From Squalus acanthias (taxonomy: Eukaryota), in assembly GCA_030390025.1 (NCBI GenBank), contig CM059438.1, forward strand, positions 63,428,001 through 63,492,000: DNA of 64,000 bases, given 5' to 3'. Below the pieces are notes generated by a model. The model worked only from the letters and a program-made list of their open reading frames with translations. It ran no database searches and was not told where the DNA came from. Of this stretch, positions 11,853 through 25,460 are shown in pieces. The position numbers were made by a program, and so were the translations under genes. Within the stretch, counting starts at the first letter, position 1, and the number at the start of each line of letters is the position of its first letter.

Positions 11853-12566
11853 CTCGTGCAAGAAACACAGAAAGCTAGCATGCAGGTACAGCAAGCAATA
11901 AGAAAGGCAAATGGCATGTTGGCCTTTATTGCAAGGGGGTTGGAGTATAAGAGTAAGGAAGTCTTGCTACAATTGTACAGGGCCTTGGTGAGACCACACC
12001 TGGAGTAATGTGCGCAGTTTTGGTCTCCTTATCTAAGGAAGGATATACTTGCCTTGGAGGCGGTGCAACGAAGGTTCACTAGATTGATTCCTGGGATGAG
12101 AGGGCTGTCCTATGATGAGAGATTGTGGAGAATGGGCCTGTACTCTCTGGAGTTTAGAAGAATGAGAGGTGATCTCATTGAAACATACAAGATTCCGAAG
12201 GGGATTGACAGGGTAGACGCTGAGAGGTTGTTTCCCCTGGCTTTTGTGTCTAGAACTAGGGGGCATAGTCTCAGGATAAGGGGTAGGCCATTTAAGACTG
12301 AGATGAGGAGGAATTTCTTCGCTCAGAGGGTTGTGAATCTTTGGAATTCTCTGTCCCCGAGGGCTGTGCATGCTGAGTCTTTGAGTATATTCAAGGCTGA
12401 GATAGATAGATTTTTGGACTCTAGGGGAATCAAGGGATATGGAGATCGGGCGGGAAAGTGGAGTTGAGGTCGATGATCAGCCATGATCTTATTGAATGGC
12501 GGAGCAGGCTCGAGGGGCCGTATGGCCGACTCCTGCTCTTATTTCTTAACTCTTATGTTCTTATGT
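11853..12566 (+). mobile_element. CR1 LINE 3' fragment
   Basis: KANGMLAFIARGLEYKSKEV...LVRPHLE*, LEAVQRRFTRLIPG...GKWS* and the CR1 tail. Confidence 0.92.
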
Positions 12567-12989
12567 TTTCCGCCATTTTCGTATGTTCATATTAAAGAGT
12601 GCGATGGCTGAAATGGTGACGAGAGCATTGAGATGGGGGGGGGGGCTATGCCTTCTTGAATACTTTCCGGTTGTACCTGTTGATGAGGTGTTTTTTTCCA
12701 GTCTATAGAATGGTGATCCTCTCACCCGGAGATGAGACGTGTGCCGCCATTTTCTGCATCACCGCAACTTGGCGTTGGCTGGCTGGTGGCTGCTATCTGC
12801 GTCTGGACCAACCAATCTATTTAAAACCGAACATTTAAAAGAAAAAATATGAGGAATAATAGATACCCGGGTTTGATTACAAAACTGCAGTTTTATTCTG
12901 GCCATTCTGTTGGTTGATGTATCGAACAGTGGCTCGCTGAGGAGTGGCTAGAAGGGGGGGGGAGCAATGCTGTAACCATTCTATGAAAA

Positions 12990-13105
12990 GAAAGACTTAA
13001 AAGAAAGACTTGCATTTATATAGCACCTTTCACGACCACCGGACGTCTCAAAACGCTTTACAGCCAATTAAGTATTTTAGAAGTGGAGTCACTGTTGTAA
13101 TGATT
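12990..13105 (-). mobile_element. DeuSINE 3' tail fragment
   Basis: Reverse complement of the SINE tail. Further fragments at ~15020-15150, 45125-45230 and 46930-47030. Confidence 0.7.
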
Positions 13106-13180
13106 CTATGGTTAGAAGCTAGGCAATGACCTGATTAGGGAGTTCAAATGACATCATAATATATATCATCATAATAATGA

Positions 13181-13340
13181 CATATATGCTGTGCCGATTT
13201 GTATTTCTTCACTTCACCTGACGAAGGAGCAGCCGCTCCGAAAGCTCGTGATTTCAAATAAAACTGTTGGACTATAACCTGGTGTTGTGCGACTTCTCAC
13301 TTTTGTCCACCCCAGTCCAATACCGGCATCTCCGCATCAT
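13181..13340 (+). mobile_element. PLE family 1 terminal fragment with hammerhead motif (13214-13251)
   Basis: UCAC-CUGACGA-A-GGAGC-agcc-GCUCC-GAAA-GCU-C-GUGA followed by the same terminus as 3547-3598. Confidence 0.8.
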
Positions 13341-15844
13341 GGACATCATAAATAGCAAAAGCAAAGCTAATGAGGCTTATGGCTTGTCATCTGAACTGCA
13401 AAATGTGATTCTTACCTCTCTTATAAGATGTACTGCGGGACAGTTTGGTTTTGCGTATAATTGTGTATGATTTTTCTCACTTGGCAGAAGCGGTGGAAAA
13501 GAGGTGACTAATGCATGAGCTTACGTTGAAGGATTCATTCCAGTGATACAAGATACATTTTACAAATGCATGCTTTCCATCCATTAGGTGATGGAAATGT
13601 TCCTGATCTGTGATCCCAGCAGGTGAGCATCATCACTGGGAGAGTGCGTTTGTAAAATTTACCTTACAGTCTCTACAAATATATAAAATGGCAATTAACA
13701 ACATAACAACTTGCATTTATATAACGCCTTTAATGTGGAAAAACCTCCCACGGTGCTTCAGAGGTGTGATCATTAAAAAATAGTTGATTATAGGCAAATA
13801 AGAATATTGCCACACCTATAAAAAGATTGTTTTTACTTTGTAATCTGCTGGTGCAGGGACTGAAGTTGGTGTGAAGCAGGGAGGTATAACGTGACTAGAC
13901 TTCTGTTGTAGGGTGGCCAATCTCCGCTGATACATTTTGGCTGGGATCTCTGGATGTGCAATCAGTAGATGTTCAGTATTCCGATGGCCTGCCAATCTCC
14001 ATTTTTTCCTTTACGCTGTTGGCAGGATGGTTTGTCTGCATCTAATGCTGAAAGTGTAGAAGCGACAGTGCGTTTATTTTGTTTGGTAGGCTGAATGAGC
14101 TGGGGAAGGGCTTGGTCCCAATCTCTTGACATTGTAGATGTGAATATGTTCCTTTTTGTTTCAGTGCGGCGATGCCTGTGTGCTTCCCACTGGTCTAAAG
14201 AGTCTCAAATACAAATAGTTGGGTTTAAACCATTTTGGGGATTTTTGGGAATGGACTAACTTTGGATCCCCCCAAAAAAAGTACTGGCAGAAAATAGAAT
14301 GCTGGCACCTATTGGATACGTTGCTTGGAGATGCCTTTGGGTATATTGTTGCATTGACCCATTATTGGCACTGCCCTCGGCTTCCAACTGGGGCATTCAA
14401 CATATGCAATACAAGCCTCAAAGGCGGTCGATGCGCTTTATCGTTGGGCCCGATCTCTCTTTTTGGCCAAGACAGATTTGTCGAAGTCCTGAGGGCCGAG
14501 GGAACCACAGAAATCAAAATGTCAGAAACTTAAAAGAAGGACTTGTTGAGGAGCATTGTCCTTTTAAACCCTCCTTCTGGTATCAAAAAAATACAATTGT
14601 TCAAATTCCATAAAGCCGACAGTTTCAGCCTCTGACTAGTTAGGATCTTGTTCGAGGTAAGCAACGGTACAAATTTATTTTATTTTTATGTAGCGGACGC
14701 TTTGTCATCCAGTCTTGGATGAACAACGTGGAAGGCTTAATCTATGTCCTTTCTGGAAACGAGGGAAGGAGCTGACTGCGGACACTTGACTGAAGAGTCT
14801 TACTTAAGCCAAAGACTCCAGGCTGCAGTCCCTCGTGACCCCAACTGTGGCACAAGTGCACATGGGCGAGTCAAGCCCGGAATCTAGAGGGCTCAGACTT
14901 TGTCACAGTGGACAAGTGCCTTCCTTGGGCTTGACCTATGGAGAATCTCAAAGAGTTTGCACGCTTTTTTCTTGCTTCCCTCTTCTGGGTCAATAATAGC
15001 GAATTGATAAGAAACTTCCATATTGTGCATTCCTACATTACAGCAGTGACTACACTTCAAAAAAGTACCTTATTGGCTGTAAAGCACTTTGGAACGTCCT
15101 GAGGTCATGAAATGCACTATATAAATCCAAGTTGTTCCTTTCTTTCTTTTATGAAACATAGAACAGATATCTGGGAGTGAATTACAAGTTGGAATCTACA
15201 CGAGAGCTTCCGATGGTTTATTGCTGAGGGTAATTTTCCTAGGCTCTGTTTCAGGCAGGATTGGAGAATTGGGTGTGAGGCTCCGTATGCTGAATTCAGG
15301 GCACCCAACATCCAATCCTCTGATTTGCGCACCTGTCAAGCAAAGTTTTGCACTGGGACATGCCTTGCAAATTTACTCCCTAGACTAATGTGTACCTGGG
15401 AGTGTGCAATAGGCTGGGCTCTAATTGAGGGGTGTTATGATTAGAGCTCTGAATTATCATTGCTTGTGCCCAATGCAGAAGTTCACATCTGCAGGCTTGA
15501 CCTTGCTGTCTTCTGAACTGAAACGCGATCTTAGGTATGAAGTAATTGGAATTGGAGGATAGAGGGTGAACAATGAATCCTTTTACCATTGAACTAAGCA
15601 CTGGGAACAATCTGGGACACCCCATACACCTCGGATCTCTCCAAGTGACAGCAAACTCCATACTGACAGACCATGTGTCTCAGGCCGAAAGCTATGAATG
15701 AAATTATTACTAAGTAATAAACAGAAGAGAAAACAGCAGATTTATCTAAATTGAACTATTAACTTACAAGTCCCAAACTTTCCTGCTGTACCGTGCAATA
15801 GCAGAACTTTGCTACAACTTATGTAACTTGGAATATGTGGTTTT

Positions 15845-16152
15845 TTAAATTCATTCATGGGATGTGGGCGTTGCTGGCAAGGTCAGCATTTATTGCTCAT
15901 CCCTAATTGCCCTTGAGAAGGTGGTGGAGAGCCGCCTTCTTGAACCGCTGCAGTCCGTGTGGTGAAGGTACTCCCACAGTGCTGTTCGGTAGGGAGTTCC
16001 AGGATTTTGAACCAGTAACGATGAAGGATCGGCGATATACTTCCAAGTCAGGATGGTGTGTGACTTGGAGGGGAACTTGGAGGTGGTGGTGTTCCCATGC
16101 ACCTGCTGCCCATGTCCTTCTAAGTGGTAGAGGTCGCGAGTTTGAGAGGTGT
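15845..16152 (-). mobile_element. CR1/L2-group LINE 3' fragment (same family as 2268-2740)
   Basis: Near-identical to 2268-2570. Confidence 0.78.
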
Positions 16153-16223
16153 TGGGATGTGTTTCTGATATTGAACTTTTATGTGAGAAAGAAAGGATTC
16201 CCAATTGCCGATATAGCAGCATA

Positions 16224-16587
16224 CAGGAAACTCTTTATTAACCGGCACCCAAATATCCAGAAATCTCTCTTAACCGGCAAAATTCTTGAGTAGGTAACCG
16301 GGGTTTTCCTTCATCTCTCGTTTAAAATTAACTTAAAAAAAATCCCCGAGGCGTTTGCCTTGTATCGGAGTGTGTAGATTGGGAGGGGAATGTGCAGCCC
16401 GGGTAGGCAGCGGACACGACAGATGGTCAGCTGGCGGTCCCCGGGGAGACGGAGCTCCGAATGCAGGCGCATGTCAGTGTGTACGGGGCTCTCGTACATT
16501 GGGAGATATAACTCTCCGTTATCCAGACTTTTTGATTAACCGGCACCACGCTGGTCCCGTCGGTGCCGGTTAATAAAGAGTTTCCTG
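16224..16587. mobile_element. Tc1/mariner (pogo/Tigger-like) MITE
   Basis: Perfect 26-bp TIRs CAGGAAACTCTTTATTAACCGGCACC flanked by TA on both sides, with internal TTAACCGGCA repeats. Confidence 0.9.
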
Positions 16588-17754
16588 TAGTAAGAAAGGG
16601 ACTGGAGAACTACAGAGCTAGTCCCAGTTATATCACTCATTCCTTACACCCTGGCTAGTAACCGAAAACCGACAGATATTGTTGACAACTAATAAAGCTA
16701 ACTTATGGTTTGTCACTTCTCCACACATGATTCAATCAAGTCAGGCTTCAAAGATATGGGGGTTGACCTATGGGATACCTGACTCAGGAAACTCACCCAG
16801 CTTCCGGACAAAGCAGAACTGCGAGCCTGGTAGACAGGGCCCCATTTTGTGACAGAGATTTCAAGTAAGGCCCTTCAATTGCAAATGCCATTAGCTATAT
16901 ATAGGTAATTGAATGTCTGGAGATGGGGGACTGCCTTTCAGTAATCACCATAAGCAGGGAAGAGCCATGTGTTTTAGTTACAGACAATTTTCCAACTGGC
17001 ACATTCCGATATATAAAAAATACAGCATAGAGATTATCTCCAGCTGAAACAGGGCACATCTCCCATCTGTCACAAGGGGTTCAGGCAGATTTTATATGTG
17101 GAATAATGGATACCCGAGAGTGAGTTACAGACTGGCGTCTAATTGAGGGATTCGGGTGGATTATATACAGAGTAATGGATACCAGGAGTGTTGCAGGCTG
17201 GAATGAGTTACAAACTGGAATCTGATTAAAGCATTCAGATGGATTGTATATAGAACAAAGAATACCTGGAAGTGATAAAGTTAATCTCATTAATGAATGC
17301 AGATAATATTGACGCTTAAACACCATGAAGCTACTGTATGAAACCACAGGCGAGACTAAGCCTCAAATTACTCCACAGTATATTTTATAAAAATCTGTTC
17401 TGTGGAATTTCTGGTGGGTATTCCCTCCTCTGGCAGATTTTACTTCCTGAAACCATTTATCTGGGAGTTGTTTTCTCTTGAACTTAAGAGCTCACTTCAC
17501 TCTGATTGAGTTGAGACGTGGACCCTCTCCACACAGATCTTGATGCCCTTAACATTCCTTTTCCTATTGAGAGGTTGTGTTGTGATGCCTTGAATCGAAT
17601 GGAATGGGCAGAGTGGGAGGGCCACATCTCTCGTATTTCATGGGAGCCCTGAATTTTCTTTCCTCACATCAACCACTGTAATTGGAATAATATTGGCTGC
17701 TCTTGCACTTCCTCCCCAGTAATACCCCCTATGAAGGCACTCGGCCTACGGCGC

Positions 17755-18150
17755 ATATAAGATACTGAGGGGGCTCGACAAGGTAGATGCAGAGAGGATG
17801 TTTCCCCTCGTGGGGAAATCTAGAACTCAGGGGCATAGTTTCAGAATAAAGGGTCGCCCTTTTAGAACTGAGATGAGGAGGAATTTCTTCTCTCAGAAGG
17901 TCGTAAATCTGTGGAATTCTCTGCCCCAGAGAGCTGTGGAGGCTGGGTCATTGAATACATTTAAGGTGGAGATAGACAGATTTTTGCAAGATAAGGGAGT
18001 GAAGGGTTATGGGGAGCGAAGGGTTATGGGGAGCGGGCAGGGAACTGGCTTTGAGTCCAAGATCAGCCATGATCTTATTGAATGGCGGAGCAGGCTCGAG
18101 GGGCCAAGTGGCCTATTCCTGCTCCTATTTCTTATGTTCTTATGTTCTTA
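17755..18150 (+). mobile_element. CR1 LINE 3' fragment
   Basis: MFPLVGKSRTQGH...FFSQKVVNLWNSLP and tail TTCTTATGTTCTTATG. A shorter tail fragment lies at ~18935-19085. Confidence 0.88.
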
Positions 18151-19714
18151 TTTTATACTGGGGCTTGCTTCAGGGTTTACAGTAGCACCAATGCAGAGTA
18201 GACGGCTAATATGCTTGAGTTACTGTCCTTGGCATTAAATATTTCACTCTGCAAAGACTGTTTACATCATTGACCGACACGGGAGTTTAACACCACCCAG
18301 GGATACGAGCAGCCTCTTGGGGTCATGATGTCCTGTTGGGAGAAAGCCATGCTTAATGTAAGCTTGAGATAAAACATCAGCTCGAGAGCCAGTTGCCAAA
18401 ATTGCAACACAAATCTAGCAACAATCGTAGTGTTTGCCTTGTCTGCACCATGATTTGCATGGTGGACAAATAATAGACTGGCATTGTCTGCCGCCAAGTT
18501 TGTTGAAATGATCCATTCCATAGAATGTTGAAGAAAACCCCACAGTTATCTTTCTGACCCAGACGGATGCGTGATTTGAATAACACCGATCTGGGTCACA
18601 CAGCTTGCAGTGTCGTGGTGTGGTTTGTTTGTGCTTCCATAGCAACGCCCCAGACGTGGTTGTTGCTAATGGAAGGTGTAGCTTGTGTACAATGCAGGGA
18701 TACAGGCTGCACTGTACATTGACAGATGGTGGATTCACACGCTCCACGTGGTGAGTTCCTGATCTTATGTGGGACATTAAGCAAGAGGGATCACGCGGAG
18801 AGAAAAATAGGTGGCTCAAACATCTTGGGCTGCCACATGCACAGCTTCCAGTAGTCAGATATGGAGCAACGTTGCCAGACTTGTAGGGGCAGGTGGTCTT
18901 TTGTCTCTCCTGGACAGGGCTTGGCATATAGCACAGGAGAATTGATAGATTTTTGTTAGGGAAGGGTATTAAGGGATATGGAACCAAGGCGGATAAATGG
19001 GGTTGAGATACAGATCAGCCATGATCTAATTGAATGCGGAAAAGGCTCGAGGTAGCTGAATGGTCAATTCTTGTTCCTATGTTCCTAGAATCTCAATAGG
19101 GGGAAACTTATCTTAAAATGGAAGGAAACACAACTATTAAAAGCTGGAAAATAAATGTCAACTTGAAACTCTGGTGAGGTGTTGGGATTTCACTGATATG
19201 GTCATAGAATCCTCCTACAGGAACATTCCAACTTAGCCAAGTTCCAGTCCTCTGAAATGTCACTTGTCAGAACTTTACGCCTTCTTCTCCTTCTTAACTT
19301 AGCCCTTTTACCAATGACAAATTAACTGAGGCAAAGAGAAAGTTGCTGAGTAAAGAGAAAGTAGAATAATTTATTTTGTCTCTTACAGAGAAAGAGATCT
19401 GTGGATTAGACTGCCATCGAAAGCAGTTTTTAAACTTTGGGATCAGTTATGGGATTGCAAAAGGTTGTTTCCCCCAGACCTGTACCCATGCTAAGGTTGA
19501 CCTGATTTCATTTCTTCAAAAAGGAGCTGGATGCATGTAGAGATTTTTTTTTTAAGTTTTACAGTTGTAGGGAGATGGTCAAGCCTGGGTGATTGGACAC
19601 TCTGGAGCATTGGCTCCAGCTATGTTGAGAGCATGGTATGCATGGAGGAAATCTTTCCATTAGGGCTGACTGTACAACTGGGCGTCCTGTACTGCAATCA
19701 GATGTTCATTCAGT

Positions 19715-20157
19715 GTCAGCTGTGGCTCAGTTGGTAGCACACTCGCCTCTGAGTCAGAAGGTTGTGGGTTCAAATCCCACTCCAGGGACTTGAGCACATA
19801 AATCTAGGCTGACACTCCAGTACAGTACTGAGGGAGTGCTGCACTGTTGGAGGTGCTGTCTTTCGGATGAGACGTTAAACCAAGGCCCTGTCTGCACTCT
19901 CAGGTGGACGTATAAGATCCCATGGTACTATTTCGAAGAAGAGTAGGGGAGTTATCCCCGGTGTCATGGCTAACGTTTATCCCTCAATCAACATAACAGA
20001 AACAGATTATCTGGTCATTATCACATTGCTGTTTGTGGGACCTTTGTGCCACGTTTCCCACATTACAACAGTGACTACACTCCAAAAGTACTTCATTGGC
20101 TGTAAAGCGCTTTGAGACGTCCTGTGGTCGTGAAAGGTGCTATATAAATGTAAGTTT
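19715..20157 (+). mobile_element. Near full-length tRNA-derived DeuSINE (SacSINE1/AmnSINE-like)
   Basis: A box TGGCTCAGTTGG (19723-19734), B box GGTTCAAATCC (19767-19777), Deu-type core GTGCTGCACTGTTGGAGGTGCTGTCTTTCGGATGAGACGTTAAAC and L2-like tail GCTATATAAATGTAAG. Near-TSD TTCATTCAGT/TTCATTCTGT. Confidence 0.85.
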
Positions 20158-21967
20158 TTCATTCTGTAATCTGTTGGAGTTAAAGAAGTACTTGCTTTTA
20201 TTAACTTCATCACTTTATGAAAACATCTCAAAGGGTTTCAAATAATGAATTACATTTGGAGAACAGTGATAGCTGATACAAATAAAAAGCAATGAGATCA
20301 ATAACCAGTTAACCTGTTTTTTGGCGAGGTGTGTTAGCCAGGACAGCATGCAAACTGCCTGAATTTCTTTAAACAGTATAATAAAGGATCTTGAATGTCT
20401 GCATGAAGAGATGGTGAGAGCTACAGTTTAATGTCTCATCTACAAGATGACACTTCAGGCAGTGCAGCACTGCACTGTGGTGATGAGCTCAACTTCTGAT
20501 GTGGGGTATGAACCCATAACCTTCCAATCCAAAGTTGAGAGTGCTACCAACTAAGCCAAGCTTGTAGTACCATTTCTAACCATGTTGCATTGGGCTGGAC
20601 TGCTGTGAACTTTTCTTGCTCTATTGTATATAACACCATGTTGCTTGTCTAATCATGTCTGTCTATACCTGCTTGGCACCCAGTTGCTAAACATTCTAAA
20701 AGCAAAAGTTTGGTGAGTCAATAAATAGGACGTATTCATCATGTGGATACTTCCCCTCAGAATCACCTTTTCCTCGAACTGAGAATGACGATGACAACAG
20801 AGGATTTGTAATCACTGGTCCTTTTCAGACGCAGTCAAACAACTTTAGGAGAAAATCAAAGGAGAGCAGGGAGAATATTAGTTATAGTTATTTATATTAA
20901 ACCGAAAGTTAAAGAACAATGAGCTGCTCTGAACTAAGCCTTTTCCTTAGCATGTAGCTGTAACTGTGCAAATACAGATATTTATTGTGCACTTTTATTA
21001 AAGCTATATTTACACTGTAGGCACAAGAATTGTCAACCTTCGGATCAATGAACAAACAGTGCAGTGAACAGTGTGTTCAACTTGTTGGTACATTCCTCCA
21101 CCAATCTCTCAACTGGAATAAGAGTGCGTGCAGGAGGGTATAGATCTGTCAAAGACTGTCTGTCGGGAAGTGATATTCGGAAGGATTCTTGTGCAATGTA
21201 TTCAGAGTTTAAAGTGACCCAAATTGATTATTAATTTATTGTCTGGTTACAAAAATACACACGACTTATGAGAGCATGTGAGCCATTGAAAGAGACAGAA
21301 GTCTCCCTTATCTCCACGTATCAACCCTTATACCCCAACAGGAATAAGCCATTATTTTAAAAAATATAAAGGAAAGGGCCATTGTCCAAAAGTGCAAGAT
21401 ATTGAGAAGTGTTGGAGAGAAGACAAAGTAAATCAAGAAGTACTGAGTAGCTGAGACTGAGCTTGGGTTTTAAAAGCTTGTATGGTTTAGGAAGAAGCGA
21501 AGATGGAGGAGTGTAAGGTGTTCCACAGTGCTGGCTTCTGGGACAGAATGAGCCAAAGTAGGAAACAGTGTGAAGAGTCTACATTTCAACATATCGAGAA
21601 TGCAGGGAGAAGGAAGGTCATGTAGGATGGCATATTTGGAGAAACAAGGGAGAAAGGTTCAGATGAGCACTGACCGTATGTGTCTAGATTTAACAGAGAG
21701 ACAAGAAAGTCATAGAGAGGGAGAGGGATCGTAGACTAGAAGGTCCTTTTAAATCGTTGAATTGCATCCATTCTGTGCTACACCTGACTTGTTTGTCCTT
21801 GATGATGCCATTGAGTAGCTGAAGTGGGCAACTGTTCCAATTCTAAGCACTTACACTCTTCATCTTCATGAGCAAAAATTGAAAGAGAAAAGAGAAGAAA
21901 ATTCCATTGAAGACATCATTTCTAATCAGCCCTGTTGGACGTAACTCTCTCTTATTTCCTGCTGCAG

Positions 21968-22062
21968 GCTGTGGAATGAGCGCTGCATTTGCACTCGGCC
22001 GCCTCTGTAACTTGGACATAGGTCGTGAGCAGATACTGGACATGGAGGAGGCTCCAAATATG
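21968..22062 (+). CDS. Host ARM/FN3 gene, exon 3 of 8 seen
   Basis: Acceptor ctgcag| and donor ATG|gtgagt. Encodes GCGMSAAFALGRLCNLDIGREQILDMEEAPNM. Phase 1 to phase 0. Confidence 0.88.
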
Positions 22063-22139
22063 GTGAGTCGGTGTAGTCTTAACTTATAATGATACCAGTA
22101 GGCAGACACCCACTGATGAAAAGTTGTTTTGAGATGTTT

Positions 22140-22380
22140 TCAGAAAATGCTGGAAATACTCAGGAGAGAGAAACAGAGTTAACGTTTCAGGTCGAGGACC
22201 TTTTGTCAGAACTGGAAAAGATTAGAGATGCAACAGTTTTTGAGCAAGTACAGAGGCAGGGAAAGTTGGGGGGAGGGCAGCGAAGGGGAGGAAAGAACAA
22301 AAGGGACGATCTGCAGTAGGGTGAAGGCAGGAGAGATTAACTGACAAAAGTGGTGCAAGGCAAAAGTATTTTTGCTTTTG
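22140..22380 (-). mobile_element. PLE-like family 2 terminal fragment (degenerate hammerhead core)
   Basis: Homologous to 47199-47440. TTTGAGATGTTT is repeated at 22128-22139 and 22381-22392. Confidence 0.7.
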
Positions 22381-23369
22381 TTTGAGATGTTTACATTCAT
22401 TTGAAAAATTGGTAAGAATGAGAAGAGGCTTCTCCACCTACCCAGGTCATCCCACTCATTTCAGTTCACATACAGGACTCTTTCAGACCACTTGTACTTG
22501 TCTCCTGCCATGGTGCCAAGCCTGCATGTCCATCCATTGAGGCAGGAATCTGTCCACTTGTTCTTTGAACACTTAGCCAAGTCTGTGTTTCACTGTAGCC
22601 GTCCATTTTCATAAACAACTCCCCCTTTGAGGTCAACGAGACAAAAAAAGGAAAACTTACTCCATTTGAAGTTAACCTGGAATGTCGAACTCGAAAGCTG
22701 TATACAGTTTAACTTGCGAAAGATTTTGTGACTGGCCAGTTCAGTCAGTAATGGGCACTGTTCCCAAGGGACACGAGGTAGACCAAGTTTTAACACGCTT
22801 ATATACGCAGCTAAAAAAAGATCAGTTGCTCCTGGGTGGACTGAGCATATCTTTTCCAACCTTGTGCAGATTTTTGAAAATTGACATCTATTTCCGAAAT
22901 GCCCAAATATGAATGTAACAAACCCATTCTCGTGCTTTGGAGGGTATTTAACTTGCTGATCATTGTTTTATTGGTGATATTTTGTGACTAGGCTTTCTGT
23001 TCCCTTTAACACACATGTAGAAGTGCTGTTAGACAGTAATAGTTAGGTCTGAGGGAGTCAAGCAATAGGTAAGCTCGATAGATAATGCCAGAAGTTGAGT
23101 GTTTCCCCCCCGGCTTATCCTTTAAATTCTATGGCATTTTTTGATACTTCAATAAAAAGATCAATGTTAGTTGAAGAAACGTGGTTTCAGTGTTAGTGTG
23201 TGTTTTTTTTAATCTCCTCAATCTCAGCTGTTACAAGTTCTGCTGAAGGTTTATAAGCATGGAATGGGCAGAATTCCCAGGTTGGCCTGGGAATGCCCCA
23301 TGATTCTCCCCCCTCTGACATGAGGGAGCAGGCAAACGATCTTCCTGTCAGAAAATGACTGGACTATAA

Positions 23370-23690
23370 CAACAGGAGTAGACCATTCACCTGCTCAGGC
23401 CTGTTCCACCATTCAGTTAGATCATGGCTAATCTGTACCTCAACCTCATTTACCCGCCTTTGCTCCATGTCCTTTGATACCCTTACCTCATAAAAATCTG
23501 CCCGTCTCAGTCTTGAAAATTACAATTGGCCCAGCATCCACGGCCTTTTGCGGGTCAGAGTTCTAGATTGTGTGTGGAAGAAGTGTGAAGAAATGCTTCT
23601 TAATTTCACTCCTGAATGGTCTAGCTCTAATTTTAAGATTGTGCCCCCTTGTTCTGGACTCCCTTACACATCAGAGGAAATAGCTTCTCT
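23370..23690 (-). mobile_element. CR1 LINE 3' fragment
   Basis: Similar to 7045-7370. Confidence 0.75.
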
Positions 23691-24167
23691 ACATTGAAAA
23701 GAAGTGGAGAAGAATCTCAAATTTGGACTGGTGCTAGGGAATTCACCCACTGTCCATCCTTGATCTGGGACAGAATTTCAGCCCCATTGTGTTTACCTGC
23801 GTAGATCTTTACATCTTCCAATGGGCCATTTTCTGATGGTCCATCGAGTTATCTAAGTGTACAGAATGTTTCTTAAGCTCATTCTCCCATGCAGAAAAAT
23901 ATTCACATATTGTTCGGGAAAGTGATTGGAATTAATGGTAAGATCAATCACAATGTCTCAGATTCATTGATTGAGAATTGAACGCTGCCGCGACTACGCT
24001 GCCAGCTCATTTTAAAAGTATACTGTGTTAAATTTAATAGTGTGTTGATTTAACAGAGATTATAAATTCTAATCAAGCAAGCTCTATTAACTTTATAGCT
24101 GAGATTAACTTTCTTGTGTTTTATTTATCTCTTTCTCTTCACGTCTTGGGCTAAATCACCAAGCTAG

Positions 24168-25460
24168 TGTTAAGCAACCTTCTTTCTCCTCTGGTTCACA
24201 TCAACACATTTCGAGTAAGCACGAGACTTCGTAGTGGAGTATAAGGAGCAGATTTTATTGATACACAGAAAGGTGATCGGCCTTTAACTGTATACAGAGA
24301 GTGACTTTACCGGTTTCTGTATCTTTCGAGCACACTCTGACAAACTGTTGAAAACCATGATCCTTTATACACAATGGCCCAGAAATTAAAGACGGAGCCT
24401 TTGTGCGGGGGTAAGGCTTCCCCGCGATATCTCACTGCGCGCCAGGCTTTTTCATTCCGAGCTCGCACAAACTTGATTTTCTAGACAGCAGCTGTGCAGT
24501 GCTTCCGTATCCCACAGGCGCAGTTAATTCGTGCGAGCTGTGGGATCACGTGATTCAGTTAGAGCTAATGGCAGCACACCATCTTTCATTCATAGTTTTC
24601 ACAACAAGTGCTGTGAAAGCTATGAATCTATACCCCCCCAAAAGAACAGCTAAACCTCAATTAAATTTAAAAAAAAAACATCACATTAATAAAATAAGTA
24701 TAGTTAAATAAATTAACCACTTTAAACAAAAAATTAAATTTTTGAAAAAATTTAAAATCTTTTAAAAAGTTATAAAAATAAACTTACCGTTCTTTAAAGT
24801 CTCTAAAAAAGATATACCTGTTGAAAAAAATTCAAAATAATACTTAATTAACTACTTACCTTGTTAAAAGAGGGTCTTACGCCTCCTTTCTTTATGTGCA
24901 AAATCTTCCATGCTTACCTGCGCGTTCAAAGCACTAAGTGCACTGCGTGCGCGCAGCCTGTAGCGCGCACGCGGTTCACCTAGGAACCGCCCCCTTTCGA
25001 AATCACCAAGTGCCGGTTTTCAGTGCATGCGCAGTGCATGCAGAAAACCGGCAATTGGAGACAGAATACGCGAGAGTACACAGTGCGTACTCTCGCGTAG
25101 AGACACTAATTTTTGGGCCCATATTTTACTATAGCAAAGGAAAATGTCAAAACGACATATCTATTTTCCAAATCCTCTGAAAACAGATTATCTATGTAAA
25201 CAGTTTGCAATTGTTTATCTCAGAACCACTTCCCTTAAACAAAACTTCCTTTACCTACTGTTATTTTTAGCAAAAGGACTCGCTACTCCTGTTTTATTAC
25301 CCCACACTTATTTCCTTACACAAGCACTTTACATATCAGAAGACAAGCTATGCCTTCTCCTCACGACACTTCAATGTCATCCTGTTTAACAAAGAAGTTT
25401 GACTGTTAAACTTTTAACGCCCCAAGATGTCCAACATACATCTCCCCAGGATGTCTAACA
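24168..25460 (-). mobile_element. Solo LTR (~550 bp) interrupted by a MITE
   Basis: Termini TGTTA...TAACA with 5-bp TSD GCTAG (24163-24167, 25461-25465). On the minus strand TATAAA (~24364-24369) precedes AATAAA (~24254-24259). Confidence 0.75.
24376..25120. mobile_element. MITE (Harbinger-like termini) with AT-rich core
   Basis: GGCCCAGAAATTA...TAATTTTTGGGCC(C), flanked by AT on both sides. Confidence 0.7.

Noticed and set aside
17095..17275. Short degenerate repeat GAGTGAGTTACAGACTGG... (similar bits near 15160 and 15390)
   Set aside because: Too diverged to define boundaries or class. Probably an old dispersed repeat.
19715..19790. tRNA gene
   Set aside because: The A and B boxes are the head of a SINE that continues into the Deu core and tail. 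No proper cloverleaf or terminator.
21400..21840. Possible old minus-strand LINE remnant before exon 3
   Set aside because: Only faint resemblance. It cannot be supported without an alignment.
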